DNA of 64,000 nt from Eledone cirrhosa (Eukaryota): the NCBI GenBank assembly GCA_964016885.1, contig OZ024740.1, positions 392,460,001 to 392,524,000 of the forward strand, written 5' to 3'. The translations under genes and the position numbers were made by a program. The notes beneath the pieces are model-generated. The model did no database searches. It had not been told where the DNA came from and saw nothing but the letters and a program-made list of their open reading frames with translations. Shown here piece after piece: positions 48,850 through 61,351 of the stretch (position 1 is its first letter; every line of letters begins with the position of its first letter).

Positions 48850-50110
48850 CAATTTTTCTGTAGTATGGCATATTGCCAGTTAACTCAACCCTGGGTCATC
48901 TCCTTTGTGAGGGTCAGCTGCATGAGGATAGCCTTCACTACATCATCCCAAGTTTTCCTAGATTTTCTCATTCTATAGGTTTCATTGACTTTAAGTGTTC
49001 TGCATTTCTTTATGAAGCTGTCATCCTTCATAAGCGCTACATGTCCATACCAACACTGTTTCCTCTCCTGTATACTGCATCCAATTCCTTTTATGCCCTG
49101 TTTTTCTCTTAGCTCATTGATGCTTTGTTGTTCATGTATTATACATCCATCAGAGCTTGCTCGCCTCATTTCTTTCCAATCTTCATAAGTCCTCCACACA
49201 AATCCACTTTCATGCAGTGTTGCAGTTCACACACAAGCATCATTCAATCTATCTTTCACTTTGAAGGAGAGACTCTTTGTAGCCATCAGTGGTAGTATCT
49301 CCATGAACTTTTTCCAAACAGCTCTCATTCTGGCTACTGTACTTACTTTTAGCTAGGTACTTCTCCTGCTGTTGCCTCCCAAAGAAGACGGCATCCATGG
49401 TACTTTAACCTGGCACAAATCTAAACTTCATCTTATCTAGGCTAACTTGGTCCTTAATCAATTATGCTATAGCTCTTTCTGTGATCTGCATGACCTGGTC
49501 CATCAACTTGATGCCTCTATAATTTCCTCTGTCTACTGCATCTTCTTTGCCTCTGTAGCAGTTGATGATGGTGCTGCTATACCTGTCATTTTGTATTACT
49601 TGGTTTACAATATAGGGGGTTAAAGAGTAACACACTGTCCTAAATGCTTTCAGCACATCTGCAACTATTCCCAATGGTCCAGCTGCTTTGCCTGTCTTCA
49701 TATCCTTAATTGTCTTACTATGCTGCTGATTTGTACAGGTGGTCATCTGTTGGGTTCACTTGGGGCAGATTATCTTCCTCCCAGGCATTCTCTTCATTTA
49801 GCAGTTTTTCATAGTGGCACTTTCATGCTACTTTCTTTTCAGCATCAGAGAGGGCAAGTATGACAATATCATTTTGGACTCATTTTCTCCCTAATGACTA
49901 CAATTTTCCCTGACACACTGCCTCACAATCCTGAACACCTCATGCCTTTGGTCCTCACGTTGCAAAGCTTGCTTACATTTTATATTTTCTACTTCCCTTC
50001 TTGCAAAGTGTACTTGTCGCCTAACTTTTCTCCTGGCAACCTGGTAGTGTTCTCTACTTTCCCCATTCTGCCACTCTTTCCATATCTGTCTTTTGGCCTT
50101 AATTGTGCAC
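48850..50110 (-). mobile_element. RTE LINE fragments with an internal deletion
   Basis: KDMKTGKAAGP, RGNYRGIKLMDQVM, INELREK...WYGHV. Confidence 0.85.
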
Positions 50111-51314
50111 ATAAAGTTGTCAGCTGTATCAACTTTGAAATAAAAAAAGGGCAAAATATATTTTGAACATTATATTTTTTTTATAATTATGACATATATG
50201 TATATACACACTCTGTGTAAACTGGTTGTTGTTAAGAAGGGTATCCAGCCATAGAAAACTTGCCAAACATAGGGTTGAGAGCATTCTTTGGTTATGTCAA
50301 AGGCACAACTACCTCCTTAGTGCTAATGCCATGATAAAATGCACCCAGTATACCCTGCAAAGTGTATGAACACGCGTAAAGAAAATATGGCTCCCAGCCC
50401 ATCAATTTGAGTTGGTTTGTGACGACCCGTTGAACTTATGTTAGGATGGAAAAAAAGGATGTTAGACAGTGATGATGATGATTATTATATAAGTAAGGTA
50501 CTTGATATGTTGATTTGAATTGTATATGTCATTTCTAGAATCCTAGCATAGGTTGATGTTGCTGTTATATATGCTAAGATATATTTTTACTTCCATTTTC
50601 TGACAATTCTTTAAATACAATAAATTTACAACCTTTCTCCACTTAGAATTCTTAGCCATGACCAAAGTGTTAATGTTAGTAAGTACTGTTACTTGATATT
50701 TAGGAAAGGAGTAGGTAAGAACATGATATATAATCAAGACACAAATTAGTACACAAAAGGTGCATTAGAATCTCTGGCAGGTTCATAGGAAATCTGAATT
50801 GCAGATGTGATAAATATTGAAGAGTAGTTAACAGTTGGATATATAGAAAATGATGTTCATAAACTTTCTAGATAGCTTCATTAGGCAAAGTTGATAGTCC
50901 ATTATCTAGGTGTTATTATAAGTTCTTTCTTTTTTAGAAGGTATGCATGTGTGTGAAAACATAGCGGCTAGAGTAACGAGGGGAAGCAACAAAGGGTTGC
51001 TATTTTATTACAAAGGAAGTCTGTATGAGATAGGCCTGAGATCTGTAATGTTGTATAATTACCAAAACATGAGAATTTTATGCAGACAATCTATAGAAGC
51101 TGGTGAGAAATAAGGCATTTATGATTTAACGGATGTATCATGTTAACCTGCATTTAATAACACTCATGAAATAGTGCTGGTATTTAAAAAATGCACACCA
51201 AATGCTGAATGTAAAAAAATTCTGTGCTCTCAGATGAGGTAATGAATGACTGAGAATAATTGTGACAAACTATATAGAAAATACATACAACAGGAAATCT
51301 TCACCACCACCATC

Positions 51315-52850
51315 ATCATCATCAATCATTATCATCATCTGCATTTCTATGTTTACATTGGTTAGATGAGTCATCTCTAACATAATGTGCTTACATTCGT
51401 TGCATTTATTTATCATCTCTGTTGTGAGCAACAGTGATTTAAAATCAACTCTCATCACTTCTGCCAAGATCTTCCTTGGTCTTCCTCTACTGTTATTACC
51501 TTCCACTGAGATTTCCTGGTACTTCATAACCCAACGATCATCATCCATATGCATCACATGTCCATACTAATGCAGTCTTCTCTCTTGTACACTACATCTG
51601 ACTCCTCTTATGTCCAGTTTTTCTCTCAACTCATTCATACTTCATTGTTCATGCACATTAAGACTGCACATCCACCAGAGCATGCTTGCTTCATTTTTCT
51701 CCTACATTAACATATCCTCTGCATTCACAGACCATGTCTGACTTCCATGAAATATTGAACATTGCACACAAGCATCATACAGCCAGTCTTTCTTTGTTGT
51801 CAACATAAGTAATATGGAGCCTTCCTGGAATGGAAAAAGTTTATTTTGTTGATGTTCTTTCTGCCAACTATCCCTGTACATCTGATACTTACAAAGTCTA
51901 CCATTTTTGTTAGTCTGCCTGCTATCTCACTATACCTCGTGTGTACTCAATATTAACATTGCGTACAACATACTGAGTTTCTCCCTACTCTTTTCCAACA
52001 TATTAAGCAAGGCCACTTTTCTGATGAGATCAATATTCTATCTTCTTGCCAAAACTAAAACTTTGATCTTTACCAAATACACTCTGAGCTCTTTTGATTC
52101 TATGTTCTATTTCCACAACTGGAATTTCTTCTCAAGTGTTTCAACACATTCAGCTATAAAAACAAGGCTGTTAGCATACAGAAGCTCCCATGAGTAGCCA
52201 GTCTTAAATTCCTTTGTTATGGCCTGGAGAAATATAATAAACAGGTGTGGGCTGAAGATTGAGCCCCGATGAACACCTACCTGCCCATTGAATTCCTTAC
52301 TAAACTCATTCGCTACTCTCACTTTAGGGATAGCTTCTCTGATAATTCCTTTACACCTAGTTTCCTTAAGGACCGCCAGATGACAGATCATGATAGTCTG
52401 TTAAAAGCATTCTCCAGATCAATGAAAACTATTGTGGCTTACACTTAGCTAGGAACATCTCTTGTAGATATTTCTCTAAAACCAAATTATATCTCATCCA
52501 ATTTGACTCTTTCACTAATTAATTGTACTAAAACACTTTCTGCTATTATCATTATCTGGTCCATTACTTTCATCCCACTGTAGTTGCTGCTTTCTAGGGC
52601 ATCACCTTTTTCCTTGTGACAATGAGTATACTACTATGCCGGTCACTGTGTGTGACCCATCATGTACTGCCTGATTTGTCTTGTGGGTGACTAGTTCAAC
52701 TCCTATGACTCCAGATGACTTCAACATCTCAGTGACTCTCTCCGATGGTCTTTACTGTTTTTCATCTCCTTGATTGCTTCCTTGACCCTATAATTGTCAG
52801 TTTGTATTGTTGGTCCCCCTGTTGGGTCAGTTGGAGGTAGTCCCTGCATG
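51315..52850 (-). mobile_element. decayed RTE LINE 3' part with (GAT)n tail
   Basis: GVHRGSIFSP, WELLYAN, RGRPRK. Confidence 0.8.
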
Positions 52851-53184
52851 CATTCAGGACAGCTCTCTGGTTTGAAGCTAACTGCTTCCTTTCCTCAAAT
52901 CTATCTCAGAGATCTTGAAAGACAAAGTCATGGTGGGGAAAAAAAAAAACCCCTATGAGTCAAACGTCCAAACAAATATGTTTAAATCTATTAAAGTGTG
53001 TTACACTGTGTATATATTTAAACTGGCCTGTGTCATGGAAATTCCATAGTTGAATTTGAAACAACCATCAATTATAAAGGAGAAACATGACATATTAAGT
53101 GTTTTTTTCGGGGTTTTTTTTGCCATTATCTGAATGAATTTTATTAAGGTGTAACCGTCAACATAATATTACAAATAGAAAGAT

Positions 53185-53512
53185 TTAAAAAAACACACAA
53201 GCAGGTAATACATTACATCTAGGACCACATACAACAAAAGGCAGGCGAAATGGGCGGACAAACGAACAGCTGCCAGAGCAAAAGATAGCAATATCGCGAA
53301 TAGCACTGGGAAACCTCCCTAATAATTCTTGAGGCAAGCCAGCACGCTCGCAGAATTACCTTGGGTGATGGCGAGACTGATGCGCTGGAACAACCAAGCG
53401 TCCTCATGAGTATCACCAGTTACCTCTGTTAGACGACCGCCAGTGAAAATAAGAACCTCGCAGTCAGTAGCCCGACTTCCCCAAATATCTCGAGCACCAC
53501 AGGCTGGAAAAT
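53185..53512 (-). mobile_element. CRE-clade 3' fragment (family of 11568-12950)
   Basis: Reverse complement resembles 12560-12880 including the 3' UTR (GTTCGTTTGTCC, TATTACCTGCTTG). Confidence 0.75.
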
Positions 53513-53607
53513 GTGTTTTATTTATAAGTTATACGTACGCACACAAATTTATTTATAAGTTGTAGTATATATATGCACACAAGTAATATAATGAAAACTG
53601 ACTGAAA

Positions 53608-53770
53608 CTCCTCAGCAGCCAAAACGATGGCTTGATAATGTCAACCTATGGACTGGACTTGATCTTTGCTCTTTAAACGCTGCTGTTGGTGATCGAACTT
53701 TGTGGGGATAAATATCTCATGTTGATGCGCAGTCTGCAACTGGCGGAATTTAGCGTCAAAGTAGTAGTAA
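53608..53770 (+). mobile_element. RTE-X-like LINE 3' end
   Basis: QPKRWLDNVNLWTGLDL...DRTLW followed by a short (GTA)n tail. Confidence 0.6.
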
Positions 53771-54040
53771 AAGAGACCAGTATTACATTAGATAGGCTGG
53801 TATAAGTTGCCAGTCTATCTCAAGCCACGGGAGAAAACTCTTTCATTGTTGTTTCCCTTGATTGAGTAAAACAAAAATAAGCTGATATTTGTCCAGTTTC
53901 TAGATAACCGTTTAACTTATCTCAACTAGGCATCTTTAACCCATAAAACAACAACAATACACAAACAAACCTACACACACACACAAGGTGGGCCAAAAGT
54001 CATTTCTTATCTATTTTCATTAATAAAATATTACAAATTA

Positions 54041-54400
54041 CCGTATTTCCCGGCGCCGAAGACGCTTCGTCCTCGAGGACGCACCCTAAATTTAACAACT
54101 AAAATTTTGAAAAAAATAATTGTTTCTACTTTAGGCACAAGGCCAGCAATTACCCAGTGCATTACTGGTACTTTATTTTATCGACCCCGTAAGGATGAAA
54201 GGCAAAGTCAACCTCGGCGGGATTTGAACTCAGATCGTAAAGGGACGTAACTATGCTGGAAAGCATGGCGTCCGACTCTCTACCGATACAGCCAATTCAC
54301 CGAAAAAAATAATAAACAGCCTTCGGCCTTCAGGACGCTTGGTAGATGTTTGAGACTTATTTTAGTGAAAAAGTAGCGTCTTCGACGCCGGGAAATACGG
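54041..54400. mobile_element. pogo/Tigger-like MITE with TA TSD
   Basis: TIRs CCGTATTTCCCGGCGCCGAAGACGC / GCGTCTTCGACGCCGGGAAATACGG flanked by TA. Confidence 0.9.
54121..54302 (-). mobile_element. tRNA-derived SINE nested in the MITE
   Basis: Same family as 7063-7248; flanked by duplicated AAAAAAATAAT. Confidence 0.85.
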
Positions 54401-55277
54401 TAACTCAAAACTAATTTTCTTGGAGGGTGTATTTTTCCATAATCGTGTTTTTATTCAACTTTAATCTGAAAGAAAAAAAAAATATTTTAATAATAAAAAA
54501 ATTATGAATTTTTTTTTTAATAGGAAGTGACGTTTGGCTCACCCTATATACAACAATAGATAATGTTTTTTTAGGGAATTGGTCCCAGGATTACTTACTC
54601 CAGTAAGTACCACCGGATCCCAACTACTAATTTTAATAGAAAGAAGATATAGAAGAACTTTCATACAATTTCTTTTTTGTGAGAATTATCTCTCTCTACA
54701 TTCGAAGTAATAACTGAGGCATGAAGAGTTTCTCAAAACGAGTATCAAAATAACTTGCATTTATTGTATATATACCCTTTTGAATTGTATATATATATAT
54801 ATATACAATTCAAAGGGGTATATATATAATTAGACATAGTCACATATACATACTCAGGCACGCCTGGACTCACTCAGGCACACCTGGACTCACCCAGGCA
54901 CGCAACTCAAAATTGCACACACTCATGTCATAGCGGAAACCTCGACTTACTGGAAGAGAATCTTACGTATGATCATACATCGAGAGAAATAGTCCTCTGT
55001 GTTATCATATCGTAATCCGATACCGTAACCCCAACGTTCAGCCATCCATACACAACAGTTCGAAATACATGATCACAACTTTGTATATTTATAATTTCTT
55101 CTAAATGTTACACACACAGATGCATACACAGTTATACGATATATTTTTTTCTCTCTTCAAATTTCTCTGTACTCGAAATGCGGGCGCAGTACCCACATTT
55201 TGTGTTTTAGGACACGCTTCTGGAATCAGATTTCGCTACCCCTTTTGTAATCAATCGCTGCTCTTGCATCGATCTAA

Positions 55278-55730
55278 TGTAGCGAAATCTGTCCGCGCCT
55301 TGAACCTTGGGTGACACCTAAAGGTCAAACTCTAGGTCACCACCCTTTCGGCACGGACAGGTTCATGCGTGGGCGATCCCTCAAGGTGGGAGACAGAAAG
55401 CTACAGGTATATAAAGCTTATATTTCCCACCTTACATATAGAGAGATCGGAGCATTACGCTAGCAACAAGCTATGTAAAGATCACCGCTATCTACAGGCC
55501 ACAGTGGTCTACAGTCAACTACAGGCCATTATTCTCTCTCTCACTATGGTCTCAGACTACACCAGTCTCATGAACCAACAACAAAAATAACATGGTCAAC
55601 CTTCGCAACTCATGTTAACTTGTTTATGGTTCTTTTTGATTGAAGTGAAGTAAACCTTTATATATAAAGTAAATCATTTATTCTTGTTATAATCAATTTA
55701 ACAACTACTAAAACCATTTCATTAAATATA
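55278..55730. mobile_element. LTR-like repeat, copy 1
   Basis: Begins TGTAGCGA; direct repeat of 56626-57092. Confidence 0.65.
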
Positions 55731-56013
55731 CACATATATATATATACACATATACATATACATAAATATACACATAAAAATCTATCTATCTAACTAGGGC
55801 GGGTAAAATTCCCGAGATCCATGGATGAGTTCTCTGCAGTGGTCTCTGTCCCTCATTATCGCTGCCATGTCCTGTGTCTCCAACAGACCAGTGTCTGTCC
55901 TTAGGGCATCAACATGTTAACTTCGGTCTTCCTCTTCCAGCGTGTCCATGCAGGGGCTCCCATAGGAGCACTGAGTGCAGTGTCAACTCCGGATGTCGGT
56001 GAGCATGTCCAGT

Positions 56014-56109
56014 TCGTGAGTTTTTAACAGGCACTCACAAATAAACGTTTCTCATTGGAGGTGCCATTACCAATGTTCTTACCCGTGCAACACCGGGATA
56101 CACTGCTAG
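56014..56109 (+). mobile_element. Helitron 3' end
   Basis: Reverse complement of 44747-44843; CCCGTGCAACACCGGG hairpin and CTAG|T. Confidence 0.8.
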
Positions 56110-56111
56110 TA

Positions 56112-56544
56112 TATATATAAACTCGTTTATAAGCCGAGGCAGGCAATCAACCCATTATGTTTAGATGGTGTGGTTTTGAAATTCTCATGAGAGGAGAATA
56201 TATTTATGAAGTTTTAATATTTTGATATTTAACGTTTTAAGTGTCGTTTAGAGTATAGTTTGTTTCACAACTTCATTATGTAATTATTTTTTTACCAATT
56301 TCCAACTATTTTGAAGGCCATATTTATTCAAAACATATAAAAAACAATAGAAAATATGAATTTCACATCGAAAGTGAAATTCACCTCCAAAGTGAAACCA
56401 GTATAATATTCACCCCTAAGGTGAAGATATTTTAGCACCTTATTTACATAGAATTTTGAAGTTGACAAAATAGCAACCTTGAATATAAGCCAACTTTCCA
56501 TTTTACCATCAATTTCTTTTTTCTTGTCACATATTTCTTGACTT
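56112..56544. mobile_element. pogo/Tigger-like MITE
   Basis: TATAAACTCGTTTATAAGCCGAG ... CTTGACTTATATACAAGTATATACAGTA; related to 9878-10088. Confidence 0.55.
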
Positions 56545-56625
56545 ATATACAAGTATATACAGTAGGTTTAATCAGCTCTGAATTAACCATTAAGCAAAAT
56601 AGACATGTTTATAGACATATATATA

Positions 56626-57092
56626 TGTAGCGAGATCTGCCCACGCCTTGAACCTTGGGGGATACCTAAAGGTCAAACTCTAGGTCACCACCCTTTTGGT
56701 GTGAACAGGTTCATGCGTGGGCCATCCTCTCAAGGTGGGAGACAGAAAGTGACAGGTATATACAGCCTATATTTTCCCACCTTAGATACAGAGAGATCGG
56801 AGCACCACGATAGAGACCAGCTATGTAAAAGATTCACCGCTACCTTCAGGCCGCAGTGGTCTTCAGTCAACTACTACAGACCATTACTCTTTCTCACTAT
56901 GGTCTCAGAGTACACCAGCCTCATGAACCAACAACAAAAATAACATTGTCAACCTTCGCAACTCGTGGTAACTTGTTTATTGTTATTTTTGACTGAAGTG
57001 AAGTAAACCTTTTTATATGAAGTAAATCGGCCATTCTTGATATAATCATTCTAACAATTTCTAACTACAAATACCCCTTCATTAAATATATA
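56626..57092. mobile_element. LTR-like repeat, copy 2
   Basis: Begins TGTAGCGA; direct repeat of 55278-55730. Confidence 0.65.
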
Positions 57093-58092
57093 TGTTGGGT
57101 CACTCTTGTAGTACTGGTAACATGTAACCCAGTACAACCTGTCGTATGGTCGGGTTATCGGCGACTAAACCGGCAACCCTACCAAGTTTCTTTGACGAGG
57201 AGGGTGATTTTCGACACCCTGCAGGACAAAACAACATAACCTGACAAAGGACGGAAGAACTAATAAGAGTCAACGGCCATCCAAAATTATGTAAATATGT
57301 ATATACATGTATGCATGTATATATATGTATATACATGTATGCATGTGTATGTATATGCGCGGGGACATAGAAATAATCGGGCTGGTTACCCGATGGCGCA
57401 GTTAAACCGCTGGGAGTGAAGGACACCTAGCCTTTGTCAGGGCATTCTTCTAGGAGGAGGCAACTCGGGAAACTGGGATAACTCCGATATAAAACCTGCG
57501 GCTCAGTAGTTACCGATGATGTTGATCTTTTCTTCTTTTTGGGTTATAGCTACTGTTGCTCAGAGAGTGGGATTGGCTCAGTGCACAGTCTTTCCTCACT
57601 TTAAAAAAAATGTTCATGCACATGCATTGCACGATAGCTTTAACTGATAATTATTAATAATGTTATATCGTTCAATGGCCATACTCGATAACGAGGGGGC
57701 AGCCATCACACACACACACATACATATATATATAAAACAAAGAAACTGTGGTAAGGAACCGGATAGACCATAACGCACCAGAGTACTCGATACTTAGGGT
57801 AGTAGAGTGGGTAATAGGAAAAGAGTCAAGACCCGACGGCTGAGCTCCGGCCGTTTTGATAACTACATCCGAACTAACCCAGCAGTATTAAGGTGGCAGG
57901 AACTTAGCTGAACTTATCAAGAGGTACAGTCCATATATGGGTATGCAGTCAAAATAAAAAAAAAACAGAAGCATGAAATCAAACAATCCTAAGAATTTGT
58001 TGTTTTTCTTGTTTGTCACGGGGAGTGATCAATGCTTTGGGGATGTAATGTACATGGTTAAATTCCTCCATAGCTGCTGGGTTAGTTGGGAC

Positions 58093-58300
58093 GTGCGGTC
58101 CATTCTCCACCAGGTACAGGTGATCCCCAAAGAGGATGTCCTCATCCTTGAGTCACCGATCCACCCGCCAGCCATCCACTTCACCTTCAGGTCCAGGCTC
58201 CAGCAACTCAAGACCCTCACTAGCCAACTGGGCTTGATTAACATCCACCCAGCACTCTTCCTGTTGAGGAACTGCTTCGCCATGCCGAAGCTCTGCCATA
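58093..58300 (+). mobile_element. CRE-clade fragment (family of 41105-43040)
   Basis: RSILHQVQVIPKEDVLIL...HPALFLLRNCFAMPKL, nearly the same as ORF 42084-42593. Confidence 0.85.
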
Positions 58301-58304
58301 CCCT

Positions 58305-58613
58305 TCGTATCAGGTGGCGTCCCAGATGTGGGATCTACCTCCTTCGAATGGGAAGAAGGTGATTCCCTCGGGATGCTTGCCATCTCTGCGGTGTGCAGGC
58401 CGAACTTGTCAACAACCACCCCGCAATGGCATTTATGTGATTCACACACGTGGAGGCCGAGGCGTTGGGCTACTCCGATGCGAGTGCACTCATCACCAAG
58501 AAGGATACCACTTGATGAGGAGGGCACCGGATTGAGCCACACGTCGATGTTCGGTTGACAAGCGAAGCGGAGGCAAACGAGGCGGTGATGGTCCAAGCCA
58601 GACTCGATAAGCC
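58305..58613 (-). mobile_element. CRE-clade fragment split by the Gypsy insertion (continues at 62264-62555)
   Basis: WLNPVPSSSSGILL...RIGVAQRLGL.VCESHKCHCG; the upstream part with a WQQVKLPARLGGLG-like motif lies beyond the element. Confidence 0.8.
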
Positions 58614-59114
58614 TTTAGAATGTTGGTATCAGTGTATATATATTATTAAGAATGACAATAAATGCAGGTGAGTGTTGTGACATGGTTTTACTTCACAGAA
58701 GTCAAATAAATTAATAGCAATAATGTTTACCACATGTTGATGGTCAGTTGGTCACAACTCCCAGACTGGAGCGTATAGAGAAGAGAAGAAATCTTCTCTT
58801 GGTAAGGTTCAAGTGGTCCTTTCGGTTGCCGGTGCAGGAAGTGAGAGAGTAATGCCTTGATGTTCTCAAATATAGTCCCCAGGGGGACGCAACTCCATTT
58901 AGTACATGGATCTGCCACTGGGAGTCGTGACCGTCACAAAAGGATGCAACTCCTATACGTATCTGCCACTGGGAGTCGCGAGCGTCACAAAGGGACGCAA
59001 CTCCTATACGTGCTGAGTTACAGCCGTAAGGGGCCGCTACAGTATCCTCCTCCAGACGATAGGTGAAAAGCCCGAAGGTAACTGTAGCGAACCCACAAGC
59101 ATGGGCTCCCAGCA

Positions 59115-59715
59115 CAGGCATGAAATATTAACGCAAAGGTACATGTATAAATCAGGCATGAAATAGTAACGAAAAGGTACATGTATAAATCAAGCATGAA
59201 ATAGTAACGAAAAGGTACATGTATAAATCGGGCATGAAATAGTAACGAAAAGGTACATGTATAAATCAGGCATGAAATAGTAACGAAAAGGTACATGTAT
59301 AAATCGGGCATGAAATAGTAACGAAAAGGTACATGTATAAATCAAGCATGAAATAGTAACGAAAAGGTACATGTATAAATCGGGCATGAAATAGTAACGA
59401 AAAGGTACATGTATAAATCAGGCATGAAATAGTAACGAAAAGGTACATGTATAAATCGGGCATGAAATAGTAACGAAAAGGTACATGTATAAATCAAGCA
59501 TGAAATAGTAACGAAAAGGTACATGTATAAATCGGGCATGAAATAGTAACGAAAAGGTACATGTATAAATCGGGCATGAAATAGTAACGAAAAGGTACAT
59601 GTATAAATCAGGCATGAAATAGTAACGAAAAGGTACATGTATAAATCGGGCATGAAATAGTAACGAAAAGGTACATGTATAAATCGGGCATGAAATAGTA
59701 ACGAAAAGGTACATC
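59115..59715. repeat. 38-bp minisatellite x ~16 inside the Gypsy element
   Basis: Unit C(A/G)(G/A)GCATGAAATAGTAACGAAAAGGTACATGTATAAAT, head to tail with no spacers. Confidence 0.95.
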
Positions 59716-59749
59716 TGGTAAAGGTACAACAAAGGTAAATCCTGTATGG

Positions 59750-60830
59750 CTTGAACTCGCTAAGGGAGCGGCCTAAAACCTTCGCCGTCGATGAGGTGGC
59801 CTAAAAATTTTAGCGAAGTGGAACCGAAAACACACTTTGCAGGATTCACACGAACGCGGTAATCCTGAAGTCACCGAAATAAGAGATGCACGTGGCGCAT
59901 ATGCTCTTCCGGAGAGGAACTAGCGACCGACGAGAAGATCGTCTATGTATGCATAAACGAAGTCCAGACCACGAGTGACTTCGTTTAGGAACCGCTGAAA
60001 AGTGCTAGCGGCGTTCCTGAGTCCGAAAGGCATGGTAAAACATTTGAGGGATCCGTAAGGAGTTGTAATCGCCGTTTTCGGAGTATCCTCCTTCCTGACC
60101 GGAATTTGGTGGTAAGCCCCCACTAAATCTAGTTTTGAGAAAATCTTACACCCCTGCAATGAAGATGCGAAATCCTGGAGATGGGGGATGGGATACCTAT
60201 CCGGGACGGTCATAGCATTTAACCTCCTATAATCCCTAGTGGGTCTCTAGTCGCCGGAAGTCTTGGGAACCATGTGTAACGGTGAAGCCCAAGGACTCGT
60301 AGATGGGCGAATAATGCCCAGCTGCAGCATATGGTCGAACTCAGACCGTGCTCCCTTTAATTTGTCCGCCGGTAAGTGGCGTGGACGCGAAAACACTGGA
60401 GCACCGGTGGTGGAAATGAAATGTTCAGTTGAGTGTGTTGACTCAGTGACTCTAAAATTTCCATCGGTGAGCTCCGGGAAAGAACCTAACAACGAATGGT
60501 AGGCGTCTCCAGCGGCAGCGATGAAGAATATGGGGCTGACTGTTGGAGCATTGGCTTTCCGGCCACGAACTTAAAAATCGGTGATGTCATCCACCAGGCG
60601 TTGGCCACGGACGTCCACAGTCAAAGAGAAGTTGTGGAGGAAATCTGCTCCTAAGATAGGGTATGGCAAATCGGCAACCGTAAAAATCCACTTAAAATCC
60701 CTACGAAGATTTAAGAATTTGAGAGGAAGCGAGATTTGCCCGTACGTTTTATAGACGAGTGATTAACGGTCTGTAGAGTAACGGATGACTCCACGGGGGT
60801 ATCTTTCAGACAATGGACCGGCCAAATACT
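59750..60830 (-). pseudogene. Gypsy pol remnant (protease C-part plus reverse transcriptase)
   Basis: [60 protein letters not shown]; stops and frameshifts. Confidence 0.9.
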
Positions 60831-60928
60831 ACTGGGAAACAGCGGCAAGGGCTTCGCTGCCTCCAGCACCCGTGACTTCGAAAACTTTGTCCGCGGAGGC
60901 TGCAAGCTGATCCACTGTGCAAGTATCC

Positions 60929-61351
60929 CTAATGGGGGTCAAAATTGCCTGTACGTTGGTCGGTAGGCGCGAGAAGAATGGCAGTTTCCGCTACCGACCC
61001 CTCCGTTAGGGCCTTCACTCGCCTTAGGAGGTTCGATGGGGTGCCATCACCGATATGCTCCAGATGGACCAGAGCCCTAAATTTTTTTTCTGCGGACTGT
61101 GCAGTCCGGCTGAGTATTTCAGCCTTCAGAGACTTGTACGTCGCGTCGGTGGGTGTCTCTAACACCAGGTCCTTAATCGCTGGGATAAGTGCCGGCGGAA
61201 TCGCACTAAGGACTAGAGGACGTTGTTGTACCTCCTCGATTCTGTTCGCCTCGAAAAATGCTTCGAGATGGGCGAACCATAACCTTACGTCACCCGTGTA
61301 TGTAGGTAGAACAGAATGAGATGCCATTGGTATACCGTAGGTAATCTGCAA
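60929..61351 (-). pseudogene. Gypsy gag remnant
   Basis: LPTYTGDVRLWFAHLEAFF...YKSLKAEIL...IGDGTPSNLLRRVKAL, typical of CsRN1-like gag N-termini. Confidence 0.8.

Larger units (their letters stand above)
53984..54546. mobile_element. Tc1/mariner-like MITE (outer element of a nested trio)
   Basis: TIRs CAAGGTGGGCCAAAAGTCA / TGACGTTTGGCTCACCCTA. Confidence 0.65.

Noticed and set aside
59115-59715. 38-bp repeat array as a CRISPR array
   Set aside because: Units are head to tail with no unique spacers, there are no cas genes, and the context is a eukaryotic LTR element.
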